Program-made: the position numbers and the translations under genes
Shown: one piece after another, positions 39,401 through 47,600 of the stretch
Layout of the letters: each line of letters starts with the position of its first letter
How positions within the stretch are numbered: position 1 is the first letter of the stretch
Assembly (NCBI GenBank): GCA_051294905.1
Contig: CM119371.1
Location: forward strand, 38,504,001 to 38,568,000
Reading direction: 5' to 3'
DNA length: 64,000 bases
Source of the DNA: Botryllus schlosseri
Taxonomy: Eukaryota
The notes under the pieces: model-generated
What the model was told of the DNA's origin: nothing
What the model saw: only the letters and a program-made list of their open reading frames with translations
Databases searched by the model: none

Positions 39401-41821
39401 ATGAATGTACCACATCTTTCGGCATTGATGCGTTAAATCGTACGTTGCAGATATCTATCGGCGGTATATCTCGAGAGAGTTGACCCCACAAGAGTCGGCA
39501 TCGTAGGAACAGGCGGATATGGCGGATACGTTGCAGGCCTCGCCACGACAAATGCTAACTTCAAATGCGGGGTGGCACGGTCCCCAGTCACGGACTGGAA
39601 GCTTTTCGGTAAGATATCGCGGCTTTCCCTGACTACTGACTTTTGGAAGTACAGTGTGTTGGTCTGAACGGCTTTACGAGCTAAATCAGCAGTCCAAAGC
39701 TAACGGTTTAAATAGGAGGTCATGGTGAATATCCTCAGTTTTGTATTCACATCTGCGAACATTATTAATTATCAGAGCAAAGCACGATCGTTAGTCGTGC
39801 GTCGTGATTCAATTTCACATTCTGTCGAGTCCCTTTGTCAAATTCACATCGTAGAATCGTTTGCTGCCGAACGCATTCTGGGAGCGCCATCAAGACAACA
39901 GATCAAGTACAGCGACAATAGTCTTCTAAAGAACGTCGTCAACATGCAAAAAGGCTCAAAATTGGGATTGTACCAGGGATTGCAGGACAGTGAGTTACAT
40001 TCCATAATATTATATATGGGACGAAATGGTGACGTAATATTCATGGTGGTATGTCTAGTTGCGAAATGCTGGGTTTTCTATGGCTTTGCTAATTCCTTTC
40101 CTACATCCCTCATTCACATGATTGTAATATGGCGTCGGGTGGTGCTGATTTAAATATTTGAAACAACACTGCACGCTTTGGTGGCTGGCAGCGCGTGAGC
40201 CCGGTTAGCTCAGTCGGTAGAGCGTTGGACTTTTAATCCAACGGTCAAGGGTTCAAGTCCCTTATCGGGCGTCTTTTTTCCTCTGTCATCCGCGAAATCA
40301 TAAGTGAGAACCACCAGAATTCGAGCAGTAAAAGTCCATTTATGTAGTGACGAACAACTCATTCTGCAGCATCCCATAGATAGAACATTCACAATCACTG
40401 TTCCCTCGAAGCTGCGCGCGCGCGCGGCCGCACACCGCTTTTAAAGTCACCGCGCACAGAAAAACGTGCACCGCCCACAAGAAAGCCGAAGTGATGAATT
40501 TTATTTCTTTTTTATTCGTTACGCACTGTTGTCCAAGGGACCGCGCAGTGAGTTGGTGAGTGCGCGCAGACTCGTGAAAATTAGAGTGAACGTTGTTCAC
40601 AATATTACATTAAATAGTAACACCATGTCGACCATGGTCTTTTCGTGCGTCAATCATACATGTTATGAGGAATCCAGAAATTGCCAGGTTTATGTATCAG
40701 TTCCCTTACGGTCACGGTTACGCAAAATCCTTATCTGCGGAACATAAAGCGCATAAGCAACTCGTTGCCGAACTGTCATATCACGAATTCCAGCAGAATA
40801 GAAGATATGGCTCAATCACGCGTGACGGATGGTTGCCCAACATGTGAGCATGCGACAAAATGAAAAACGACTGTTGAGCATAAGACACAGTAACACGGGT
40901 GCGCATTAGCATGATGAATGATGACACACGTGCACGGGGACACATCAACTTTGCGCCATATCAGCATGCGGACACCTGAGCATGGTGACACATTAGTGTG
41001 GGTGGGTATGTATCGGCATGGTGACACATTGGCAATAGGACATAAATGAGCATGGAGACTCATGAATATGGGGAAACATCCACATGGGGAGACTTGACAA
41101 TGTCTACATATGAGCATGGTTACAGAAGAGCATCGGGCCACAAGCATGGTGACAGTTTAGTATGCGGCATCTTCAGCGTTAGACACATTAGCATGCGACA
41201 ATTGACCATCACGACATCATGTCAAAATACAAGCAGGCTCTACTTAATGAATACTATAGTCAGCGCGCGAGGGTACCGGCCAACGACCTGGTATATTCAC
41301 GTCTCATATCGATATATATGCCGTGTCATCTTCATAGCTTCTCCATTTTATGTTATTTTCTTTTACTTGTATGTCGGTGTACAATGTACAATGTACATGC
41401 CTCTTACGTAGGCTACATTTTATAGCCCAAGGCGGCTTTCCGATTAAACGACTACTCCAAGTCGTTTCGACTCCTTCCCGTCATTTCATTTAATAATAAT
41501 CTCATGGGGTTTGGAAATGAAACTGAACTGCACTGGTGATGACATTGACGAAATAAATAATATATCTTTACAGGAAAAGTAAACATGCAACATTCAGTGC
41601 TGCTGAAGAAGGCCGCGCTACTCGAAAACGTTCCGATGGATGCAATTACTTTCACTTACCATACCAGTACTGGCGACAGAGGGTCGCGAAAATCGATATT
41701 GCTTGAATCAAAAGTTCTACAATCGATCAGCGCGTTTCTGAAAGGTTGTTTGCTGAAGGACTCTGACGAAAAATGGCGACAAATGAAGCTCTTTGATGCG
41801 AAGTATTTGACAGGAACTTGA
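3371..41821 (+). CDS. DPP6/DPP10: Inactive dipeptidyl peptidase 4-family (S9B) type II membrane protein, DPP6/DPP10-like; spliced, 18 coding exons, 831 aa with exon 1a
   Basis: Hand-spliced exons, all GT-AG and phase-consistent: 3371-3484, 26574-26688, 27303-27478, 28625-28752, 28814-29016, 29257-29411, 30046-30128, 31439-31613, 31978-32088, 32154-32285, 33425-33578, 34350-34499, 36178-36244, 38376-38479, 38551-38638, 39451-39608, 39855-39989, 41574-41821 (sum 2496 nt). Motifs: [15 protein letters not shown] plus TM helix (DPP6/10 juxtamembrane signature), [56 protein letters not shown]. The choice of first exon is less certain than exons 2-18. Confidence 0.92.
3560..3792 (+). mobile_element. 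Fold-back hammerhead-bearing insertion, family A (Penelope-like or retrozyme derivative)
   Basis: Inverted arms of about 100 bp, an extra tail on the right arm only, flanked by the direct repeat TCGGAAACATTC (3548-3559 and 3793-3804). Confidence 0.75.
3687..3730 (+). ncRNA. Minimal type I hammerhead ribozyme (family A), intact
   Basis: GCTGAC-gatt-ACCC-CTGACGA-G(TGTCAGC)C-GAAA-ATAT-TC-GGGT: canonical core CUGANGA/GAAA/UH, 4-bp stem I, palindromic stem III AAUAUU, loop II complementary to the upstream GCUGAC. Confidence 0.8.
5204..5455. mobile_element. hAT MITE
   Basis: TIR CAATGGTTCTC(G/A)ACCT; TSD GCCTAGTA/GTCTAGTA; internal fragment repeated inverted at about 13060-13200. Confidence 0.8.
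6864..7711. mobile_element. hAT non-autonomous element
   Basis: TIR CA(A/G)(A/G)GGTGGGCAAAC; perfect 8-bp TSD AATTAAAC; GCGGGCCGCA subterminal repeats. Confidence 0.85.
8634..9108 (-). mobile_element. Fold-back insertion, family B, with a 14-bp target duplication
   Basis: Inverted arms of about 175 bp (8663-8839 and 8936-9110), one-sided tail of about 28 nt, direct repeat TCAAAACGAATTAT at 8620-8633 and 9109-9122. Confidence 0.75.
8706..8753 (-). ncRNA. Variant-core minimal hammerhead ribozyme (family B, U3-A8)
   Basis: Reverse complement: TGTGCC-g-TTAACTC-TCGATAA-G(GGGCACA)C-GAAA-AGTCT-TC-GAGTTAA; 7-bp stem I; a second copy lies on + at 9022-9068. Confidence 0.6.
11218..14286. mobile_element. 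hAT non-autonomous element (outer member of a nest)
   Basis: TIR CAGTGCTCTTCAACC / GGTTGAAGAGCAC; TSD ACATAGAG/ATATAGAG; GTACAC subterminal repeats. Confidence 0.75.
11813..13629. mobile_element. hAT (Tip100-like) non-autonomous element, nested
   Basis: TIR CAGTGGCGTAGCCAGA / TCTGGCTACGCCCATG; perfect TSD CACCACAC. Confidence 0.85.
15614..15706 (+). CDS. Candidate alternative first exon 1b ([31 protein letters not shown])
   Basis: AAAATGG start context, 31 open codons, TTG|GTAAGG donor, phase 0. Confidence 0.5.
16901..17020 (+). CDS. Candidate alternative first exon 1c ([40 protein letters not shown])
   Basis: 40 open codons, GTAAGT donor in phase 0, preceded by a CpG-rich non-repeat stretch (about 16700-16830). 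Confidence 0.35.
18100..18350 (+). mobile_element. Family A copy, degenerate, single arm
   Basis: Similar to 55580-55810 (CAAAAGGAGTTCGTG...GCTGACGATTATCCGTGACGAGTGTCAGTCGAAAATATTC); boundaries approximate. Confidence 0.7.
19899..20015 (+). CDS. Candidate alternative first exon 1d ([39 protein letters not shown])
   Basis: 39 open codons, GC-elevated, AAG|GTAAAT donor, phase 0. Confidence 0.5.
20278..20395. repeat. Degenerate (TAACCC)n-like tract followed by CACATGCTCA repeats
   Basis: TAACCC/TAACCG/TAACCT units seen directly. Confidence 0.55.
20519..20623 (+). CDS. Candidate alternative first exon 1e ([35 protein letters not shown])
   Basis: 35 open codons, strongly GC-rich relative to flanks, AAG|GTGAGA donor, phase 0. 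Confidence 0.55.
20702..20950 (+). mobile_element. Same SINE family, diverged
   Basis: TAGCGTAATGGTAGAGC head, CTTCCCGGCTTGGCGCTCAGCATT body, TATGCCGCAAAAACGTCAAGGACAAAA 3' part. Confidence 0.7.
21576..21648 (-). tRNA. trnA-AGC: tRNA-Ala(AGC), copy 1
   Basis: 73-nt cloverleaf GGGGATGTAGCTCAAGTGGTAGAGCGCACGCTTAGCATGTGTGAGGCACCGGGATCGATGCCCGGCATCTCCA; anticodon loop TTAGCAT; downstream T-run terminator. Confidence 0.95.
21876..22589. mobile_element. hAT non-autonomous element
   Basis: TIR CAGGGGTGGCCAACCT; TSD ATCTTTTG/ATCTTGTG. Confidence 0.85.
22827..24879. mobile_element. CACTG-ended (EnSpm/CMC-like) non-autonomous element
   Basis: TIR CACTGTAAAAAAT at both ends with flanking TA; no transposase ORF recognised. 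Confidence 0.6.
25315..25430 (+). mobile_element. Family A fragment, highly decayed
   Basis: GGTGACGTAATATTTT...CAATTCTCTAATAGTTG matches the family A arm. Confidence 0.5.
25497..25569 (-). tRNA. trnA-AGC: tRNA-Ala(AGC), copy 2
   Basis: Identical to copy 1; T-run downstream. Confidence 0.95.
26200..26469 (+). mobile_element. Family A fold-back copy
   Basis: Inverted left arm, and a right arm ending GTACCTCCAAAAAGCTCTT. Confidence 0.75.
26226..26259 (-). ncRNA. Minimal hammerhead ribozyme core (family A)
   Basis: Reverse complement of ACCC-CTGACGA-GTGTCAGCC-GAAAATATTC-GGGT; the spacer to the pseudoknot strand is deleted. Confidence 0.65.
32955..32985. repeat. (TACA)n microsatellite
   Basis: Seen directly. 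Confidence 0.9.
35632..35704 (-). tRNA. trnA-AGC: tRNA-Ala(AGC), copy 3
   Basis: Identical to copy 1; GTTTTT downstream. Confidence 0.95.
37041..37113 (+). tRNA. trnA-AGC: tRNA-Ala(AGC), copy 4
   Basis: Identical to copy 1; GCTTTT downstream. Confidence 0.95.
37400..38230. mobile_element. Decayed Tip100-like hAT remnant(s)
   Basis: GGGCCCC/GCCCCC subterminal motifs and a GGCAGTTACGGTCCTG end; boundaries uncertain. Confidence 0.4.
40199..40271 (+). tRNA. trnK-UUU: tRNA-Lys(UUU)
   Basis: GCCCGGTTAGCTCAGTCGGTAGAGCG-TTGGA-CTTTTAA-TCCAA-CGGTCAAGGGTTCAAGTCCCTTATCGGGCG followed by a T6 terminator. Confidence 0.95.
40396..40595. mobile_element. hAT MITE, 200 bp
   Basis: TIR CACTGTTCCCTC / GAGTGAACGTTG; perfect TSD TTCACAAT; relative in the opposite orientation at 43401-43584. 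Confidence 0.8.
40900..41215. repeat. Degenerate minisatellite, period about 17 bp (GAGCATGGNGACACAT-like)
   Basis: Recurring AGCATG(G/C)NGACA units. Confidence 0.6.
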
Positions 41822-42927
41822 GTTGATCGAGTTACATCTAGTCGGATAGGCCTAAAGCGTATGTGAATATATTTCTGTGCGGAACTTACGATGATTTGTT
41901 ACCTGACAAGCCGTCACGCGAACGGGCGAAAAATTGTCCAGACCATCAATCGATTGATCGGTGCATTCATCCCGCTATCACCGCAAGCAAATGATGACTG
42001 CTACGTGACGAAAGAATAACGATTAGTAACTGTTATCTTGCCTAATGCTCATTGCTCATACATCAAATCATGTACTCATGGTTTGATGTGATGCTGTCGA
42101 CTGATTTTATGGTTATTATCTGCTGTTGAAGATCCCATGATACTACACAATATTGAAAATGTAATAGGCCTAGATGTTTTCAGATGGGCAGTATTGACAG
42201 CCGAATCTTTAGGCCCTGAGATAAGAAGTGACGTTGCCTATCTTATTGTCCTGTACTCACTAAATGTCCAGCATGAAGGTTATACAAATCCATCCGTAAT
42301 TGATGGGCTATCACATTATCCACCCACTGGAAAGATTCTACCATCGAGACGATTCCCTTTATATTCATAACGTGATCTACTTCAATAGAGAATCACTCCT
42401 GGTTGCATCACCGATCGTTGCATAGCCTATTGCTATCTTTTCGGATTCTATCAATGAACTATACAATTATACATGTCTGGCACAATTTTGATGCGATCTA
42501 TTGCAATAACGTATGTGTGTTTCACTTCATTTACAAACATAGCACTTCCAAGCGAAATTAAACTTTATTCCCTCTAATCTATTTTTGTTTGTCTGAAAAG
42601 TATACTCAATGATATTATTTATACAATGATTGGAAACTCCCACGCCCCTTAACGCTATAAGTTAGGTTTCCGCCGGAACCAGTCCGTCGCAAGAAACGGT
42701 TGAACGGAGGTACGAGATTGAGTTATGTCGACAGTGGAGAGTGCTGCAATCGACCTTGATATACTTGTACACGCTGTGTAGGACGTGTTGCTGAAAAAAG
42801 GTGTCGGCAATGGGATGGGTTTGCAATTGCAATAAAATGAGAATATTTCACAAGCCTATACAGAAGTCTTACTATGGAAGATAGGTATTTTGTCATCTTA
42901 GCCTCCGATATGACATTTAGACAATTC

Positions 42928-43238
42928 TAGGGTTACCATATTTCGGAAATATGAAAAGAGGAGACTTGTTCCAACTTCTCAGACTTACAATTCTGGGGGA
43001 AAATCCGCAAAAAGTGGTAATTTTTCCCGACGTTATGGTCGGTTGACTAAAAAAAGTCATTAGCCGCCGGAGCGTTACTACAGTGCTGATTTGATCTCAT
43101 TCAAATTTTACCCTATACTTAACAAAAATTCTCAAAAAAGAGGACAAAATCTCAAAAAATAGGACATTTGGGCGTCCTCCAAGGACACTTTCAAAAATGA
43201 GGACATATCCTCTTAAAGGAGGACGTATGGTAACCCCA
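42928..43238. mobile_element. hAT (Blackjack-like) MITE
   Basis: TAGGGTTACCATA...TATGGTAACCCCA; GAGGACA subterminal repeats. Confidence 0.7.
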
Positions 43239-43400
43239 GGGCCTGGACTAGACAATGCATATTGGTTATATGCAAGTAACGAAGATATAAATCTTTGTTT
43301 AGTAGCTGTGCATTTGCACTGCAGGTCCCCGTCTCGAGCAGCGTTGGCGCTTGTTATTTACAAATGACCCACTAATGAGACCCCTAATCCCAGTGGTGAC

Positions 43401-43584
43401 CAATCTTCCCTCTAATTTTGGACGAGACTGCGCACACTCACCAACTCACTGCGCAGACCATTGGACAACAGTGCGTAACGCCAAAAAAAGGTCAACACTT
43501 CAGATATTTTGTTCGCAACTTAGATTTTCTTTGCGCAGAGACCGTGTCCGCACTACGCATTTGCGCAGCTTAGAGGGAGCATTG
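43401..43584. mobile_element. hAT MITE, same family as 40396-40595
   Basis: CAATCTTCCCTCTAA / TTAGAGGGAGCATTG; TSD GTGGTGAC/GCGGCGAC. Confidence 0.7.
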
Positions 43585-43803
43585 GCGGCGACAACAACCT
43601 TGTAGCTATGATGAAAATGAACGAGAGAGATAGAGAGAATTATTGTGTGGCGACGACATTCTATATAATAGTTCATAGTAATGGTTTAGGGACGTGAAAT
43701 GTAAAGGCAATACTAAGCAGTCGAATAACTCGAATAATTTTGGTAGGGTCAAGATCAAATCGTTCCGTGTGACGTAGTTGGCGGAGGCCTACTTATTGAT
43801 TCA

Positions 43804-43930
43804 GTAGGAAAGAACGTAAGAAAGGACGGGAAGGACGTAGTTTGTTTTTGTCCTTGATGTTTTGCGGCATATAGGCCTACACTAACTCAATATATGCAAA
43901 ATATATATAGCCTACACATATGCGTACTAT
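43804..43930 (-). mobile_element. Same SINE family, 3' fragment
   Basis: Reverse complement of ATATGCCGCAAAACATCAAGGACAAAAAC...CCTTCC tail. Confidence 0.65.
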
Positions 43931-44682
43931 GAGTGCATGAGAAATTGTTTGTATTTCGGCTTGAAGGTGGACATGGTAGATGACTGTCGGATAGTCGGCG
44001 AGATATTGTTCCACAAACGAGGACCTGTATATTTGATAGAGCGAGGATCTTTTTTGTCTACCATATGGTAGTTGGTCAACGTGGACGCGCGTGTGACTCC
44101 GTGTGTCGTACTTATGCACTTTGGATACTGAGGTAAAGAAGTTGTTGAAGTTTTCGGAGCAGATCGAGGTGGATATTAGATTGAGACACCGTGCTTGGTC
44201 GTCTGGACATTCTCTTATCTGTTCAGTAAATCTTATTGTAGATTGTGTGTAACTGATAAAAATATTAGAACCACTGACTTTTAACTAATTTTAATTCGCT
44301 GTAACAGTGTTTCGCTATTCACTTTCGGTAGAAAGCTAATGAAATAATAAAGTAATTTAATGAAAAAGGCGGAGGGCATTCAATAATAATCTATTGTAGC
44401 GACGATATTCCCGAATGCCTTGATCCTTCCGTCGGATTCCGCAAATTATAGGAAACACATGTTTACCTGAAGAATTTTGCGTTCCCCGTTACACATGGCC
44501 AATTATAAGGGGAATTACCCAAGTATGAAAAGAATTTATTGATTCTTGGTTGAAACTGGGCTATCATAACATGTTATTCGCAGATATATTACTACTCCTG
44601 TTGACGTGAATCTGTAGGGACATAAAGACTTGCTCGTGATATGTAATTTATGAGTGACTTTTCGTCTTTGGTACGCTGAAAA

Positions 44683-47600
44683 ATGTCGAGAATAACCTCA
44701 GATGATGGCGAAGGCGAAAGAGGTACGGTAATTTACTCAACTCTTCATATTCTGGGTTAATAAATACCGCTACCATGTTATCAAAAAAGATTAGGGCAAT
44801 TGGTTATTTGGTTGATAACACATTTTGCAATTTCCGTTAACTATAGTGTTAGAATGCCTGTTGAAGGGAATGTCCTATCCTGACCTGATTTATATCATTT
44901 TTACTTAAGGCCTATATATAATACCATACTTTATAAAGCTTCATATCATATTCCGCTTGAATTTAGTCTTCTATGTAGACTTTAAGATATCTATGGTGCC
45001 ACGTTGAATACCTTGCTCCATACAGGATTGATCCTTTCGACTTGATGTTACCTTTACATACAAAAACTGAACAGGAATTTTTGTATTGACGAAATTGTGT
45101 CACTAGTTCAGTGGAACGATGCTGTTCAATGGACAATGGTTCCGTTCATGTCCAAACATAATGATAATTATATGACAGTTTGTCAATTCTAGACACTGTT
45201 CAGAATTTATCAACCCACAAATTACAATTTAATATTGCACTTGCATGCCTGTTTAATGTTTACAACTGCTGTAGGCCTAGAGAATGTGTGTTTCCGTTGA
45301 GCCTTGCTAGGAACAGAGTAATAGGCGTTCTGAACTATTTAATAATCATCTTGCCAATCTATCAAGATTTTACCTGTAAGAGTTTCTTCAAATTTGGTTA
45401 CCATAATTTTCCATGTATAATGCGCAAAATTTTACTGATTTTTGCCCTAAAATAGGGGGGTGCGTATTATACATGGGTACAGCAAGCCTTGAAAAAAAAA
45501 ATCCCTCAATCAAAAACTTGAAATCACACCTTTGTTCATGTTTGTTTAAATCGTGCATCACATCCAGCCATTGGGCCCCGTAATTCGTATTATAGAGTGT
45601 AACGCGCTGCCACATAGAGAAGCGTGTTGCCAATTAACGAAAAGCGTGTTTCTAATTAAAGAGAGTCGTCTGCAAAGCACGCGATCTCTTGCTGGGTTGG
45701 TTTGCAGTTTGTAGGCGAGCGACATCAGGTCGCTGATTGCTACAAGCGTGCGCGGCAATCCTTGTTGATTCATCGCGTCAACGACAGGCCTTAACAATCG
45801 CATAGGCCTACACAAGATCTGGTAATCGGTTGCATCTCCAACAGAACTGGTGCGCCCGACATAACCGTTGGCCTGAGCAATCGTATCTGTAATTGTAATA
45901 GGCCTCGTGCGCAAGATGTCGTGTGTCCCTAGCCTGAACTATCGCGTCGCCGACCTCACAGGCTTTGGCTACTATCTACTCTCGTTCAGATATAATGCCG
46001 TTAATTGTAATATGATTAGCGATCATTATGTCATGATTGTTCGACAGTGACATCGCAAAACAGAACGACATCGAATACTAAACCGGCCACTATTCATGTA
46101 CTCATGTACTGCGAATGCAGGGTGCGTACTATACATGGGTACAGGCTTTTTCCCGGAATATACACGCCATTTCAAGGGTGCGTATTATACATGGGGGCGC
46201 ACTTTATTCGAAAAATTACGGTAGTTGATTCGTATTTAATTTTATACTCAAAATATCCACACATTTCATATAATGGTCGGTATATTCCATTGTTGATAGT
46301 TTTCTGGCAACCATAGGCTGTTACTCACTCTTTGTTTGCTTTCAGTGGTTCAAAATGTCCTGAACAACATCATAAGAGTGAAGGAACTGACCGCCTCGAA
46401 AAACACGGACAAAGAACTCCTGCAAGCGCTAGTGGGCAATCCGATTGTCCAGTCTCTGGCAAAGGTAAGAGTTGGGTAACAATTTTCTGTTGGAGCAATG
46501 GGCCATACAAAATTTGACACTATATCAAGTAGCGGTTAGTTTATGAAGGCTTATCTGCTATTTAGTTGTGACTTTCGTGTGTGGTAAGGTTGATGTTGCA
46601 TTTATAAAACAGGCTTCACTACGGACGGAGATCATAAAATTAGCTGATCTGGGAGAATGCTAATGATGTGATTAAAAACTGCTAATCGGGACGCACTTTA
46701 GGCGGAGATCGTAAAGTTGGCTGATCCGGCAGAATGCAATCGTGGGATTAAAAACTACAAGTCGCGAAGCATTATGTTGATTGGTGTCCCTAGTTTTCAA
46801 TTAAGTGGTGTTATCTATTGCATCGTAATGCAAAAACGTGGTTTTGGATGTCGGTTGCTTTAGAAACTACTGGTATCATAGATTATAATCAGATTAATAG
46901 GAGAAACCACTTTTCAAGCCGAAACCTGGCCAAGTGTGGCACAAGTTTTGCACAGTAACCTGGCATCAATCTGCAATTACTCCCAGGCGCACACTGGGAT
47001 TACCGAGAAGAAAATCAAGCCAGTCGTGCTGGAAGCTTCCGAATTGTCTACCTCAATCTGTAATCTGCTGGATGACTCTACAGGGGACTTGTGTGTGGAA
47101 CTTAGCAGGGTCCTCAGCACGCCTCACATTGTGGTTTGTTTTAAGTTTGTTGATTTTAAGATTTGATCGAGTTGGATGAATTTAAGTGCATTGTCTGTTC
47201 AGTTAGAACCAGAGGTATTCCAGATCTAGTTTAGGCTGAAAATTGTGAACCGACACGATAACGTAATGGTGAAGGGTCCTGCTTCTTGATTGATATATCG
47301 GGGGTTCAATCCCCGTCCAGGTCAGACCGAAGACCTGATTAGTAATACTGGTATCCATGACTTCCTCGTTTGGCACTCAGCATTACCGTGTTAGCATGGA
47401 GAGATGGTACAAGACTCAGAAGGCCTTACACGGCTATATCTGCACCTTCCTTGTAGGTAGGCCTACTCGGAAAACAGGTTTCTGCGTCTACTTTCCGTTG
47501 AGCTGACCTTTTTTCAGTCAACTTTCTGGTCGTATGCAGAATAAGCCGTATTCACTTGCATTTTTTGGCTGTGTTGATTAAATATATCTCGCTGGACGTT

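Noticed and set aside
40900..41215. CRISPR-like array or repetitive His/Gly-rich ORF
   Set aside because: No constant repeat with unique spacers, eukaryotic intron context; it is a degenerate minisatellite
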